Shown one piece after another: positions 32,801 through 44,412 of a stretch of 64,000 nt of DNA. The position numbers were made by a program, and so were the translations under genes. This DNA comes from Deltaproteobacteria bacterium (GTDB lineage Bacteria; Myxococcota_A; UBA9042; PHBI01; JACKFB01): the NCBI GenBank assembly GCA_020632695.1, contig JACKFB010000014.1, positions 6,231 to 70,230 on the forward strand, in the 5' to 3' direction. The number at the start of each line of letters is the position of its first letter. The stretch's first letter is position 1. The notes beneath the pieces are model-generated. The model ran no database searches, had not been told where the DNA came from, and worked only from the letters and a program-made list of their open reading frames with translations.

Positions 32801-34456
32801 CACCAGGGTTTCTCGATATACCCCAAAGACTCGCCGCATCGTGCCGGCGATCTCGCCCAGGGTGCAGCGGGCTCGGACGGCCGTGACGATGAGCGGCATC
32901 AGGTTGGCGTCGGTCCTGGCCGCCGCCTCGAGCGCCGTCAGGGCGCCCTCGGCCGCTGCCTTGTCGCGTTTCGCGCGCAGCGCCTTCACGCGGGCGCGCT
33001 GCTGCCGCTCGCCCTCGGGGTCGATGCGCTGGATCTCGGGCCGGACGCCCTCGCCGCCGGCGTGCACGTTGACGCCGACCACCTCGATGGCGCCCGAGTC
33101 GATGCCCTGCTGGTAGCGGTAGGCCGTGTCGAGGATCTGCTTCTGGATCCAGCCGGCCTCGATGGCCCGCACGACGCCGCCCATGGCGTCCACCCGCTCG
33201 ATGAGCTCGCGCGCCGAGCGCTCGATGTGGTCGGTCAGGGCCTCGATGGCGTAGCTGCCGGCGAGCGGATCGATGAAGTCGGCCACGCCCGACTCGCTGG
33301 CGATGACCTGCTGCGTGCGGAGCGCTATCTGCGCGGCGTGCTCGCTGGGCAGCCCCAGGGCCTCGTCCAGGCTGTTGGTGTGCAACGACTGGGTGCCCCC
33401 CAGCACCGCCGCCAGCGCCTGGATGGTCACCCGCGCCACGTTGTTGTCGGGCTGCTGGGCCGTCAGGGCCGAGCCCGCCGTCTGCGTGTGGAAGCGCAGG
33501 CGCCGGTTCTCGTCGGTGCAGGCCGGGTGACGCTCGCCCAGCAGCCGCGCCCACAGGCGCCTGGCCGCGCGGAACTTGGCGATCTCCTCGAGGAAGCCGT
33601 TGTGCACGTTGAAGAAGAAGGCCAGGCGGCCGGCGAAGTCGTTGATGTCCAGGCCCGCGTCGATGGCCGCCTGCACGTAGGTCAGCCCGTTGGCCAGGGT
33701 GAAGGCCACCTCCTGGACCGCGTCGCAGCCCGCCTCGCGGATGTGGTAGCCGCTGATGGAGATCGTGTTCCACCGGGGCAGCGCGTCCTTGCAGTAGGCG
33801 AACACGTCGGTGATGAGCCGCAGGCTGGGCCCGGCCGGGTAGATGTAGGTGCCGCGGGCGATGTACTCCTTGAGCACGTCGTTCTGGATGGTGCCGCGCA
33901 GCTTCGCGCCCGACACGCCCTGCTCCTCGGCGCAGACCTGGTAGAGCGCCAGCAGGATGGGCGCCGTGGCGTTGATGGTCATCGAGGTGGACACGCGGTC
34001 CAGCGGGATGCCGTCGAAGAGGACGTGCATGTCCTCGATCGAGTCGATGGCCACCCCGACCTTGCCGACCTCCCCGGCCGACAGGGGGTCGGTGGAGTCG
34101 AGGCCCATCTGGGTGGGCAGGTCGAAGGCGACGCTCAGCCCCTTGCCGCCCGCCGCCAGCAGCATGCGGTAGCGCTCGTTGGACTCGGCGGCCGTCCCGA
34201 ACCCGGCGTACTGGCGCATCGTCCACAGCCGGCCGCGGTACATGGTGGGCTGCACCCCGCGCGCGAAGGGCGGCTCGCCCGGAAAGCCCAGGTCGCCCTC
34301 GAGGCGCGCGCTCTGCTCACCGGCGTCGCCGGGCAGGTAGAGCGGCTTGATCTCCGTGCCGTCGGACAGCACGAAGCGCTCCTTGCGCAGCCCGCTGCTG
34401 GCCGCCTGCGCCTCGTACTGCTCCTCGAGCCACGCCTCTTCACGCCTGTCCGGCAT
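32795..34456 (-). CDS. Methylmalonyl-CoA mutase family large (catalytic) subunit lacking a B12-binding domain (MCM N-terminal-domain or IcmA-like)
   Basis: Its ~555 aa are homologous to the MCM alpha TIM-barrel, including the [29 protein letters not shown] signature region. There is no C-terminal cobalamin-binding (DxHxxG) domain. The ATG overlaps the end of the BCCP gene by 14 nt. An alternative start lies at 34498. Confidence 0.8.
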   Translation of the reverse strand: MPDRREEAWLEEQYEAQAASSGLRKERFVLSDGTEIKPLYLPGDAGEQSARLEGDLGFPGEPPFARGVQPTMYRGRLWTMRQYAGFGTAAESNERYRMLLAAGGKGLSVAFDLPTQMGLDSTDPLSAGEVGKVGVAIDSIEDMHVLFDGIPLDRVSTSMTINATAPILLALYQVCAEEQGVSGAKLRGTIQNDVLKEYIARGTYIYPAGPSLRLITDVFAYCKDALPRWNTISISGYHIREAGCDAVQEVAFTLANGLTYVQAAIDAGLDINDFAGRLAFFFNVHNGFLEEIAKFRAARRLWARLLGERHPACTDENRRLRFHTQTAGSALTAQQPDNNVARVTIQALAAVLGGTQSLHTNSLDEALGLPSEHAAQIALRTQQVIASESGVADFIDPLAGSYAIEALTDHIERSARELIERVDAMGGVVRAIEAGWIQKQILDTAYRYQQGIDSGAIEVVGVNVHAGGEGVRPEIQRIDPEGERQQRARVKALRAKRDKAAAEGALTALEAAARTDANLMPLIVTAVRARCTLGEIAGTMRRVFGVYRETLVI

Positions 34457-34976
34457 CACCGATCTCCATGAGCACCGCGTCGGCCTCCACCGAGCCACCG
34501 GCGGTGACGTGCACCGCGGTCACCACGCCCGCGCGGCCCGCCTTCACCTCGTTCTCCATCTTCATGGCCTCGATGATCAGCACGGGCTGGCCCGGCTCGA
34601 CCACGGTGCCCAGGGGCGCCAGGATCTTCACCACCAGCCCGGGCATCGACACCGTCACCCGCCCGTCGTCGTGCTCGTCGGCCCCCGCGCCCAGCCAGGC
34701 GTCGCGCTCGGACACCGCCACCACGTCGACCCGGTGCTCGCCGATGACCGCCGTCACCGCCCCGTGGCTGGCGGGCACCATCCGCACCGGGAGGCCGCGC
34801 CCGTCCTCCAGCAGCAGGTGCGCCGCCCCCGCCTCGCCCGTGGCCCGTTGGAAACGCAGCTCCCGCGCCGGCTGCCCCTCCTGCTCGATGCGCGCCCGCA
34901 CGCTCCCGGCGTCGGCCTCCAGGATCTCCACCAGGGCCTCGACCCCGTCGATCCACGTCACGTAACGTCCCGACAT
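34440..34976 (-). CDS. Biotin carboxyl carrier / biotinyl-domain protein
   Basis: The C-terminal biotinyl domain carries the EAMKMENEV attachment motif. The start ATG overlaps the accC stop (TGATG). Confidence 0.8.
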   Translation of the reverse strand: MSGRYVTWIDGVEALVEILEADAGSVRARIEQEGQPARELRFQRATGEAGAAHLLLEDGRGLPVRMVPASHGAVTAVIGEHRVDVVAVSERDAWLGAGADEHDDGRVTVSMPGLVVKILAPLGTVVEPGQPVLIIEAMKMENEVKAGRAGVVTAVHVTAGGSVEADAVLMEIGDAGQA

Positions 34977-36574
34977 CAGAGCCCCCCGCCGAGCTGGCGC
35001 CGCAACCCGTCGAGCGCCCACGGCGTCCACTGTCCCCCGCCGGCGACGCCCCCCTCGACCTGTCTGGGCGCCCGCGCGTCCACAGCCAGCGCCGCCAGCA
35101 CCCGCGCCAGGTCCTCGGTCGCCTCGTCGGCCACCGGCGGCGTCACCCGCGGCAGCTCGGCGAGCAGCCCCGTCGTGTAGCGACCCGCGCGAAAGGGCGC
35201 GCTCTCGAGCACGTGGTGCAGCAGCGGCAGGTTGGTGTGGATGCCCTCGATGGCGTACTCCCGCAGCGCCGCCAGCCCGCGCGCGATCGCCGCGTCGCGC
35301 GTCCCGGCCGACACGATGAGCTTGGCCACCATCGGATCGTAGAGGCTGGACACCTCCGAGCCGTCCTCGACCCCGTCGTCCACGCGCACGCCGGGCCCGC
35401 GCGGCGGCCGGTACGCCGTCAGCACGCCGGGCGAGGGCATGTCGTTCTGGTAGGGGTCCTCGGCGTACACCCGCAGCTCGATGGCGTGGCGCCTGGCCAC
35501 CAGCGAGGCCTGGTCGAAGGGCAGCGGCAGCCCCGCCGCGACCTGGAGCTGGGCGTCGACCAGGTCCACGCCGAAGGCCTCCTCGGTCGCGCAGTGCTCG
35601 ACCTGCAGCCGCGTGTTCATCTCCAGGAAGTAGAAGGACTCCGACTGGTCCACCAGGCACTCCACGGTGCCGGCGCCCTCGTAGCCGACCGCCCGCGCCG
35701 CCTGGACCGCCATCTCGCCCATCTGGCGCCGGGTCTCCTCCGACAGGTTCGGCGCCGGCGACTCCTCGATGACCTTCTGGTGGCGGCGCTGCACCGAGCA
35801 CTCCCGGTCCCCGACCCACACCACGTTCCCGTGGCGGTCGGCCAGGAGCTGCACCTCGATGTGCCGCGGACCGACGATGGCCTTCTCCACGTAGACCGCG
35901 TCGTCGCCGAAGGACGAGCGGGCCTCGCGCCGGGCGCCCTCGAAGGCGCTGGCGAGCTGCTGGGGGTCGGCGACGATGCGCATGCCCTTGCCGCCGCCGC
36001 CCGCCGCCGCCTTCAACATGATGGGGTACCCCACCTCGGCGGCCACCCGGGTGAGCTCCGCCAGGTCCGCCAGGGGCTGGGCGGTGCCCGGGACCACCGG
36101 CACGCCTGCGGCGATCATCGTCTGGCGGGCCAGGGTCTTCTCGCCCATCAGCTCCATCGCCTTGGCCGGCGGGCCGATGAACACCACGCCGGCCTCCTCG
36201 CACTGGCGCCGGAAGCCGGCGTTCTCACTGAGGAACCCGTACCCCGGGTGGATGGCCTGGGCGCCGCTGCGCCGCGCCACGTCGAGGATCCTGTCGCCCC
36301 GGAGATAGCTCTCGCGCGAGGGCGGCGGCCCGATGCACCACGCCTCGTCGGCCATGCGCACGTGCAGCGCGCGCCGGTCGGCCTCGGAGAACACCGCCAC
36401 CGTGCGGATGCCCCGCGCCCGGCACGCCCGGATCACCCGACAGGCGATCTCCCCGCGGTTGGCGACGAGCACCTTGTCGAAGAGCGGGTTCCCGTCCTGC
36501 GTCAACGCCACACCCTCACCTCCCGACGGGTACGCCCGCGGGTCTAACTCGCGAGCGGCGCGCCGCGCAAGCAC
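34976..36574 (-). CDS. accC: Biotin carboxylase subunit of an acyl-CoA carboxylase
   Basis: Motifs are FDKVLVANRGEIACRVIRA, GGGGKGMRIV and EMNTRLQVEH. The C-terminal ~80 aa resemble a BT/linker region. The true start may be the internal GTG near 36510. Confidence 0.85.
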   Translation of the reverse strand: MLARRAARELDPRAYPSGGEGVALTQDGNPLFDKVLVANRGEIACRVIRACRARGIRTVAVFSEADRRALHVRMADEAWCIGPPPSRESYLRGDRILDVARRSGAQAIHPGYGFLSENAGFRRQCEEAGVVFIGPPAKAMELMGEKTLARQTMIAAGVPVVPGTAQPLADLAELTRVAAEVGYPIMLKAAAGGGGKGMRIVADPQQLASAFEGARREARSSFGDDAVYVEKAIVGPRHIEVQLLADRHGNVVWVGDRECSVQRRHQKVIEESPAPNLSEETRRQMGEMAVQAARAVGYEGAGTVECLVDQSESFYFLEMNTRLQVEHCATEEAFGVDLVDAQLQVAAGLPLPFDQASLVARRHAIELRVYAEDPYQNDMPSPGVLTAYRPPRGPGVRVDDGVEDGSEVSSLYDPMVAKLIVSAGTRDAAIARGLAALREYAIEGIHTNLPLLHHVLESAPFRAGRYTTGLLAELPRVTPPVADEATEDLARVLAALAVDARAPRQVEGGVAGGGQWTPWALDGLRRQLGGGL

Positions 36575-36720
36575 CGCCGCCCCCGCGGCGCCTCGCCTGG
36601 ACCCTGGCGCCCCCCAACGCGCTCCGGGCTGTGCATCGGCGCGGGCGCGGTGCTACGGTCCGCGCCCCGGCCCTCCCCGACGGTGCCCCCGTGACCCAGC
36701 CAAGCGCCCCACGAGAGCCC

Positions 36721-38133
36721 ATGCCCGATCCCAGCGCACCCGCCGGGCGCCCGCCCGCGGCGACCCGCGACGCCCTGACGCGCACCGAGCACCTGCTGGT
36801 ACACCTCGCCGGCGAGCTCTACACCAAGAGCGCCCGTACCCGCCGACGCTTTCGCGGGCTGCTGATCGCCAACCTGCGCGCGGCGCTGGCCGCCCGCGGG
36901 GTGGCGGCGACCGTGCTCAGCGATGGCACGCGGATGCACGTGCTCAGCGACGAGCTCGACGCCGCGGCGGCCGTGGCCGCCGACGTGTTCGGCGTGCACC
37001 GGGTCGAGCGGGTGGTCCCGCTGCCCTACGACAGCCTCGACGCGCTGGCGACCGCCGTCGCCGAACGCGCGCGCCCCCGCGTGGCCGGCCGCACCTTCGC
37101 CGTCCGCGTCCACCGGCGCGGCACCCAGGCCTGGACCTCCATCGACGCCAACCGCGCCATCGGCAGCCAGCTCATCGCCGCCAGCCGGGGCGTGGACCTT
37201 CGCCAGCCGGAGGTCGAGGTGCGCGTCGACGTGCCCGACGAGGTCGCCTATCTGGTGGACGAGGCCCGCCCGGGGGCCGTGGGCCTGCCCATCGGCGCTC
37301 AGGAGCGCAGCCTCGTGTTGCTCTCGGGCGGCTACGACTCGGCCGTCGCCGCCTGGCAGCTCCTGCGCCGCGGCAGCCCGGTCGAGTTCGTCCACTTCCG
37401 CCTGGAGTGCTCCGCCAGCGAGCACGCCGCGCTGGTCGCCCAGACCCTGACCGAGCGCTGGGGCGCCGGCTACGACCCGCTCCTGTGGATGGTGGACTTC
37501 CAGCCGGTCAAGGAGGCGCTGCTCGCCAAGGTCAGCTCGCGCAATCGCCAGGTGGTGCTCAAGCAGCTCATGGTGGCGGCCGCCGACGCGCTCGCCGACC
37601 GCCTGGGCATCCACGCGCTGGTCACCGGGGACGCCGTCGGCCAGGTCTCGAGCCAGACGGTGAGCCACCTCGCCGCCATCGACGCCTGCGCTCACCGGGC
37701 GGTGCTGCGTCCGCTCTGCGGCGCCCTGAAGGACGAGATCATCACCCGCGCCCGCGCCATCGGCACCGCCGATATCTCGGCCCGCGCCCAGGAGGTGTGC
37801 GACCTGTCGAGCGGGCCGGTCTCGGTGTCGGCGCGCTGGACCCAGCTCGAGCGCGCCCACCGCGAGCTGCCCGCCTCCCTGGTCGCCGATGCCCTCGCCG
37901 GCGCCCAGGTCGCGAGCCTGGCCGACTGGTTCCCGGGCGCCGACATGGTCCCCGTCGTCGAGGAGCCGCCCCCCGGCATCCCGCTGGCGATGGCCAGCGG
38001 CCCCCTCCCCGACGAGGGCCCCGTCGCGCTCCACGGCGCCCGCGCCGCGTCGACCGCCTGCCGCCTCGCTCGCGAGGGCCGCCGCGTCTGGGTGGTCCTG
38101 CGCCCGGGCGGCCCCCCCGAACCCCGCCCCTGA
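36721..38133 (+). CDS. thiI: tRNA sulfurtransferase ThiI-like (THUMP plus PP-loop ATPase) with C-terminal extension
   Basis: The PP-loop motif is LLSGGYDSAVAAW. The N-terminal THUMP-like region is LVHLAGELYTKSARTRRRF. It is divergent from accC. Confidence 0.75.
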   Translation: MPDPSAPAGRPPAATRDALTRTEHLLVHLAGELYTKSARTRRRFRGLLIANLRAALAARGVAATVLSDGTRMHVLSDELDAAAAVAADVFGVHRVERVVPLPYDSLDALATAVAERARPRVAGRTFAVRVHRRGTQAWTSIDANRAIGSQLIAASRGVDLRQPEVEVRVDVPDEVAYLVDEARPGAVGLPIGAQERSLVLLSGGYDSAVAAWQLLRRGSPVEFVHFRLECSASEHAALVAQTLTERWGAGYDPLLWMVDFQPVKEALLAKVSSRNRQVVLKQLMVAAADALADRLGIHALVTGDAVGQVSSQTVSHLAAIDACAHRAVLRPLCGALKDEIITRARAIGTADISARAQEVCDLSSGPVSVSARWTQLERAHRELPASLVADALAGAQVASLADWFPGADMVPVVEEPPPGIPLAMASGPLPDEGPVALHGARAASTACRLAREGRRVWVVLRPGGPPEPRP

Positions 38134-38141
38134 GGCCACCG

Positions 38142-40160
38142 ATGGCTCCGATCACCGTTCTCACTGGTCGTCTCCCCGCTCGCGCGCTGCTCGGCACCGC
38201 CGCGCTGGCCGCCCTGCTCTCGGTCACCGCGTGCCGCGACACCAGCGCGCCCCCGGTGACCCGCTCGACGACGGCGCTCCCCAAGGACGGCCTCGAGGGC
38301 GCCCTCGCCTTGCCCCCGCCGGCGCTGGGGGCCAAGGCCCCGCTCGTGGTCGTCACCCTCTTCACCGACTTCCAGTGCCCCTACTGCCGCGAGATGGCGC
38401 CGGCCATGCACCGCGTCGTCGAGACCTGGCCCGACGCGGTGCAGGTGCAGTTCCGGCACCTCCCCCTCTCCTTCCACCCCCTGGCGGAGGCCGCGGCGCG
38501 CGCCTCGGTGGCCGCGCAGCTCCAGGGTCGCTTCCAGGCGGTCCACGACCTGCTCTTCCACCGGCAGGCCGAGTGGTCCGAGCTGCCCGACGTGGCGGCC
38601 TTCGAGGGCTGGGTCGTCGGCGAGGCGACGCGCGTGGGGTTGGACGCCGCCCGCTTCACCGCCGACCTGCGCGCGCCCGCCACCGCCGCCCGCGTGGCCG
38701 CCGACGACGCGAAGGCGCAGGGGCTGGGGCTGCCCGGCACGCCGGCGGTCTTCGTCGGCGGCAGGCTCGCCGAGGCCAGCGGGGGGGTCTCGGGCATCCT
38801 CACCCTGGTGCGGCAGGCGGTGGCCCGAGGCCAGAGGGACCTGGCCCAGGGCGTGCCGCGCGCCGAGATCCCGCGGCGCAGCGCCGCCACCGAGGCCACC
38901 GATCCCCGGCTGGCCGGGTGGCTCATCGACGACCGGCCGGCCGACGGCCCGGACGGCGCCGACGGGCCGGACGAGGGCGAGCGGCCGCAGCCCTTGCCCA
39001 GGAGCGGCGACGCGGGCCGGGCCGTGCCCCAGGAGCGCTGGGAGGTGCCGGTGCGCGCCGACGACCCCGCCCGCGGGCCGGCGCGGGCCCCGGTGACCCT
39101 GGTGCTCTTCGAGGACATCCAGTGCCCCTTCTGCGCGGACCTCTTCCCCACCCTCGAGCGCCTGCTCGAGCGCTACCCCGACACCGCCCGGCTGGTGGTC
39201 AAGTCGCTGCCCCTGCCCTTTCACGCCCAGGCGCGCCCCGCCGCGCTCGCCCTCGAGTGCGCCCGCCAGCGAGGGCAGTTCTGGCCGCTGCGCCAGCGCC
39301 TGGTCGAACAGCGCGACGCGCTCTCGCCCGAGCTCATCGACGCGCAGGCTGCGGCCGTCGGCCTCGACGCCGACGCCTTCGCCGCCTGCCTCCAGGCGCC
39401 CGCCACGGCCCAACGGGTGGACCAGGACATCGCCCTGGCCGAGCGGGTCGGCGCGCGAGGCACCCCGGTCCTCTACGTCAACGGCCGGAAGGTCGCCGGG
39501 AGCCGCCCGCTGCCCGAGCTCGTCGCGCTGGTCGACGCCGAGCTGGAGCACGCCCGCGCGGTCGCCCGCGACACCCTGGACCCCTATCCGGCCATCCTCG
39601 CTGGCGCCGCCGCCCTGGACCCGCTCTCGCCGGACACCGCCGCGCTGGACCTGGCCGACGCGCCGCGCCGCGGCCCCACCGACGCGCCGGTGCGGCTGGT
39701 GCTCTGGAACGACCTGGCCTGCGAGCCCTGCCGCCAGGTGGGCCGCGCGGTCGCCGGGCTGGCTACCGCCGCTCCCGCTCCCGGAGAGCCTGCGGTCGCG
39801 GTGCACGTGCGTCCCTTCGTGCCGGCGGGGGACGCCGCCGCCGAGCTGGCCGCCCGGGGCCTCCTCTGCGGTGGCAGGCTCGCGGTGTTCTGGGCCCTGC
39901 ACGATCTGCTGAGCCGCCGCGGCCCCGGCTCGCGCCAGGACCTGATCGACGCTGCCGGAGCCGTCGGCGCTGCCCCCGACGCCATGGCCGCCTGCCTCGA
40001 CGACGAGACCACCAGCGCCGCCGTCGCCCGAGCCGCCGCCGAGGCCCGCCGCCTGGGCGTCGATCGCGCGCCCACCCTCTTCGTCGATGGGCACCGCTAC
40101 GACGGATCCCTGGGCTTCGGCCCGCGCTCGTTGCGCCGCCTCATCCGCACCGCACCGTAG
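38142..40160 (+). CDS. Lipoprotein with three tandem DsbA-like thioredoxin domains
   Basis: The lipobox is LLSVTAC. Three CxxC motifs occur in similar contexts: DFQCPYCREM, DIQCPFCADL and DLACEPCRQV. Each is followed by a DsbA-like helical insertion and a VGGR/VNGR-type motif. Confidence 0.75.
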   Translation: MAPITVLTGRLPARALLGTAALAALLSVTACRDTSAPPVTRSTTALPKDGLEGALALPPPALGAKAPLVVVTLFTDFQCPYCREMAPAMHRVVETWPDAVQVQFRHLPLSFHPLAEAAARASVAAQLQGRFQAVHDLLFHRQAEWSELPDVAAFEGWVVGEATRVGLDAARFTADLRAPATAARVAADDAKAQGLGLPGTPAVFVGGRLAEASGGVSGILTLVRQAVARGQRDLAQGVPRAEIPRRSAATEATDPRLAGWLIDDRPADGPDGADGPDEGERPQPLPRSGDAGRAVPQERWEVPVRADDPARGPARAPVTLVLFEDIQCPFCADLFPTLERLLERYPDTARLVVKSLPLPFHAQARPAALALECARQRGQFWPLRQRLVEQRDALSPELIDAQAAAVGLDADAFAACLQAPATAQRVDQDIALAERVGARGTPVLYVNGRKVAGSRPLPELVALVDAELEHARAVARDTLDPYPAILAGAAALDPLSPDTAALDLADAPRRGPTDAPVRLVLWNDLACEPCRQVGRAVAGLATAAPAPGEPAVAVHVRPFVPAGDAAAELAARGLLCGGRLAVFWALHDLLSRRGPGSRQDLIDAAGAVGAAPDAMAACLDDETTSAAVARAAAEARRLGVDRAPTLFVDGHRYDGSLGFGPRSLRRLIRTAP

Positions 40161-40454
40161 CCGATACCGCGCTGAACTCGGTGCTTCAGACTTGATCTTC
40201 CGGGGCCGATGCTCCATGGTACGCGGTGCCGTGGGCGCTCGGAGACGAGCCCTCGCGGGCGGACCTTCCGCCAGGTCGCGCATCCACAGGGATCGCGCGG
40301 CGATACGAAGATCGTTCAGGAGTCTTTGCGAGATGGTCGACGGCGATACAGGCGCCTACCCGCCGAGTATCAAGCCGTAGCAGCCCTGGGCACCTCACCT
40401 GTCCGGTGAGTCCTCAGTAGGCCGCTACGGTCAACTCAGGACGCACAGATGAGC

Positions 40455-40467
40455 AGGAGGTGGTCCC
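40455..40467 (+). promoter_or_regulatory. Shine-Dalgarno AGGAGG 7 nt upstream of ATG 40468
   Basis: A canonical RBS. It sits at the end of a lower-GC ~300 bp leader (40160-40467). Confidence 0.4.
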
Positions 40468-40812
40468 ATGACCATCCAGGCGACGCGAGCGCTGCTGCTT
40501 CGCAATCTTCTCCGCTCGGGCGATTCGGTTCGCCTGGCGCGGCTCATGGATCGGCTGGCTGCCGATGATCTCTCACGCCTCGTAGACGGCCTCGAGCCGC
40601 ACGAGCGACGCCGTGTGGCCACCGTGCTGCTCGACGGCGAACGCGTGGAGCGCACGCTGAGCGCGCTCCCCAAGCGTACGCTGGACGGGCTGCTCGCGGC
40701 GGCCACCCCGGAGGCGCGCGAGCGCGTGGCGGCGCTGCAGCAGCCGGAGGCGCCGCCCGCGCGTGAGCGGGGGCTCTTCTCGGCGCTGCGGCTGCGTCGC
40801 CTCTTCGCCTGA
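40468..40812 (+). CDS. Hypothetical small protein (114 aa)
   Basis: It has a strong RBS and GC3-biased codons. The sequence is Arg/Leu-rich and helical with no recognisable motif. Confidence 0.5.
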   Translation: MTIQATRALLLRNLLRSGDSVRLARLMDRLAADDLSRLVDGLEPHERRRVATVLLDGERVERTLSALPKRTLDGLLAAATPEARERVAALQQPEAPPARERGLFSALRLRRLFA

Positions 40813-40856
40813 CCGAGGGCGGACGGGCACCCGCCGGGCGCGGCGTTCAGAGGCTG

Positions 40857-40920
40857 ATCCGGACGTCCGGACGTCCGGATGTCCGGATGTCCGGATGTTC
40901 GGACGTCCGGACGTTCCGAC
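40857..40920. repeat. Tandem octamer array (TCCGGAYG)x8
   Basis: Read directly: atccggacgtccggacgtccggatgtccggatgtccggatgttcggacgtccggacgttccgac. The unit contains the palindrome TCCGGA. Confidence 0.85.
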
Positions 40921-41054
40921 CGGGCGAGGCGTCAGCGTCGTCTTTTCAGGGCCTTGCGCGCCGAGGGCGCTCGCCGCGCGCAAGGCACCGAGGCGCGCGG
41001 GTCCGTGGAGAGACATCATCCAGCCGCGCGCCGGCAGCGTGTGGGAACCCCCTC

Positions 41055-41657
41055 TCAGCCGGGGCCGAGGGGATCGACGCCGAGGCGGCGGAGCAGCGCC
41101 AGCAGCTTCAGCATCGGCAGGCCGATGATGGCCGTGTCGTCGGCGTTGTCCGGGTCGGCCTCCACCCGCTCGAAGAGCGCGACGCCGGTGCGCTCCAGGG
41201 CGTAGGAGCCGGCACAATCGAGCGGCGCGTCCAGCGCCACGTAGCGCGCGATCTGCTCCTCGCTGAGCCGGCGCATGGTCATCCGGTGGACATCCAGGGC
41301 GCTGCTGAGCGCCCCGGTGGCCGTGTCGTACACCGAGACCGCGGTCAGCAGCCGGTGGGTGCGCCCGCTGAGCCGGCCGAGCTGCGCCCGCGCCCGCTCG
41401 GCGGTGCCCGGCTTGCCGAGCACCTCGCCGTCCAGGTCCAGGGCCTGATCCGAGCCGATCACCAGCGCGTCCGCGGCCTCGACCGCGCGGGCCTTGGCCG
41501 TCGCGAGCGCGCGCACCATCGCCTCGGGCGCGAGGTGGCGGAGGGCCTCCTCGTCGACGCCGGGCGAGGCCACCTCGAAGTCCAGGCCCACGCGCTCGAG
41601 CAGGGCGCGGCGGTAGGGGCTGCTGCTGGCCAGCACCAGGCGGCGGTGAGAGGACAT
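41055..41657 (-). CDS. maf: Maf-like nucleoside triphosphate pyrophosphatase
   Basis: The N-terminal motif is LVLASSSPYRRALLERVGL. Length is 200 aa. The conserved C-terminal motif is PLDCAGSYALE. Confidence 0.85.
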   Translation of the reverse strand: MSSHRRLVLASSSPYRRALLERVGLDFEVASPGVDEEALRHLAPEAMVRALATAKARAVEAADALVIGSDQALDLDGEVLGKPGTAERARAQLGRLSGRTHRLLTAVSVYDTATGALSSALDVHRMTMRRLSEEQIARYVALDAPLDCAGSYALERTGVALFERVEADPDNADDTAIIGLPMLKLLALLRRLGVDPLGPG

Positions 41658-41797
41658 CGGCCGATGCTACCCGAGCCGGCGCGCGCCGCAACAGCGCCGC
41701 CCGGCCGGCGAGGAGGCCAGCGAGGGGCGGGCGCTTGCGTCGCCGCGGCGCCCCGCTACCATGGACCGGCAGTCCCCCCGACTTCGACGAGGCCACG

Positions 41798-42315
41798 ATG
41801 GGCAACGAGACGCCGCGCTACGATCTGATCATGGTGCCCGCGGTGCGAGACACCAACGTCGGCGAGGGGGCCGCCGACTCGCTGATCCGCGTGCTGGCGA
41901 CGCCGAAGCTCGTGGTGCCGGTGGCGGAGTCCCTGGCCGAGACCTGGTGCGAGGTGTACCTGGCGCCCGGCCCGGCCTCGCACCAGCTCTTCGTGCGGGG
42001 CGGCTACGACGGCGAGGAGCCGGTGTTCCTCGACGGCGTCGTGCGGTGGGGATCGAGCACCGAGTCCCTCGAGTACGCCGCCGGTGACGTGCCGGTGCAC
42101 TTCTTCTTCGAGCTGCGCGGCTGCCTGTACGACCACTTCGCCGCGTCCTTCCTCGCACGGATGAAGGACATCCTCTTCGTGCCCGTGCACACCTTCGCCC
42201 GCCCCCACGCCGGGCCGCGCCCGCGCCGCGAGGTGCCGCCGGGCGAGGAGCGCACCGACAAGCGCAGAAAGCGCGGCGGCACCGGCGCCCTCGCCGGGAC
42301 CCGCGTCGAAGAGCT

Positions 42316-42319
<4 letters not shown>
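41798..42319 (+). CDS. Hypothetical protein, translationally coupled to the downstream Ser/Thr kinase
   Basis: It has GC3-biased codons. Its stop overlaps the kinase start (GTGA). No motif was recognised. Confidence 0.45.
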
Positions 42320-44256
<1,937 letters not shown>

Positions 44257-44412
44257 CGTCAGAAGCCGCCCATGCGCCTTCACCGCTTCCCGAGGCATGA
44301 TCGTTGTCTCGGGCGCGTGGGCGGCTACGCGGCCCGCGTCGGCGGGCCGCCTCGGGGGGAGGGGCCCTGCGGGCTCTGCCCGCGGGGAGGGGGGCGCGAG
44401 GCGTCCCCCTGC

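Noticed and set aside
36333-38141. N-terminal 600 aa of the 1275-aa plus-strand ORF (36333-40160)
   Set aside because: It is an out-of-frame overlap of thiI and of accC antisense. Only the portion from ATG 38142 (lipobox plus three DsbA domains) is protein-like.
40161-40467. tRNA or other RNA gene in the lower-GC leader
   Set aside because: There is no TPsiC-loop (GTTCGAATC-like) motif and no cloverleaf-compatible stems in the sequence.
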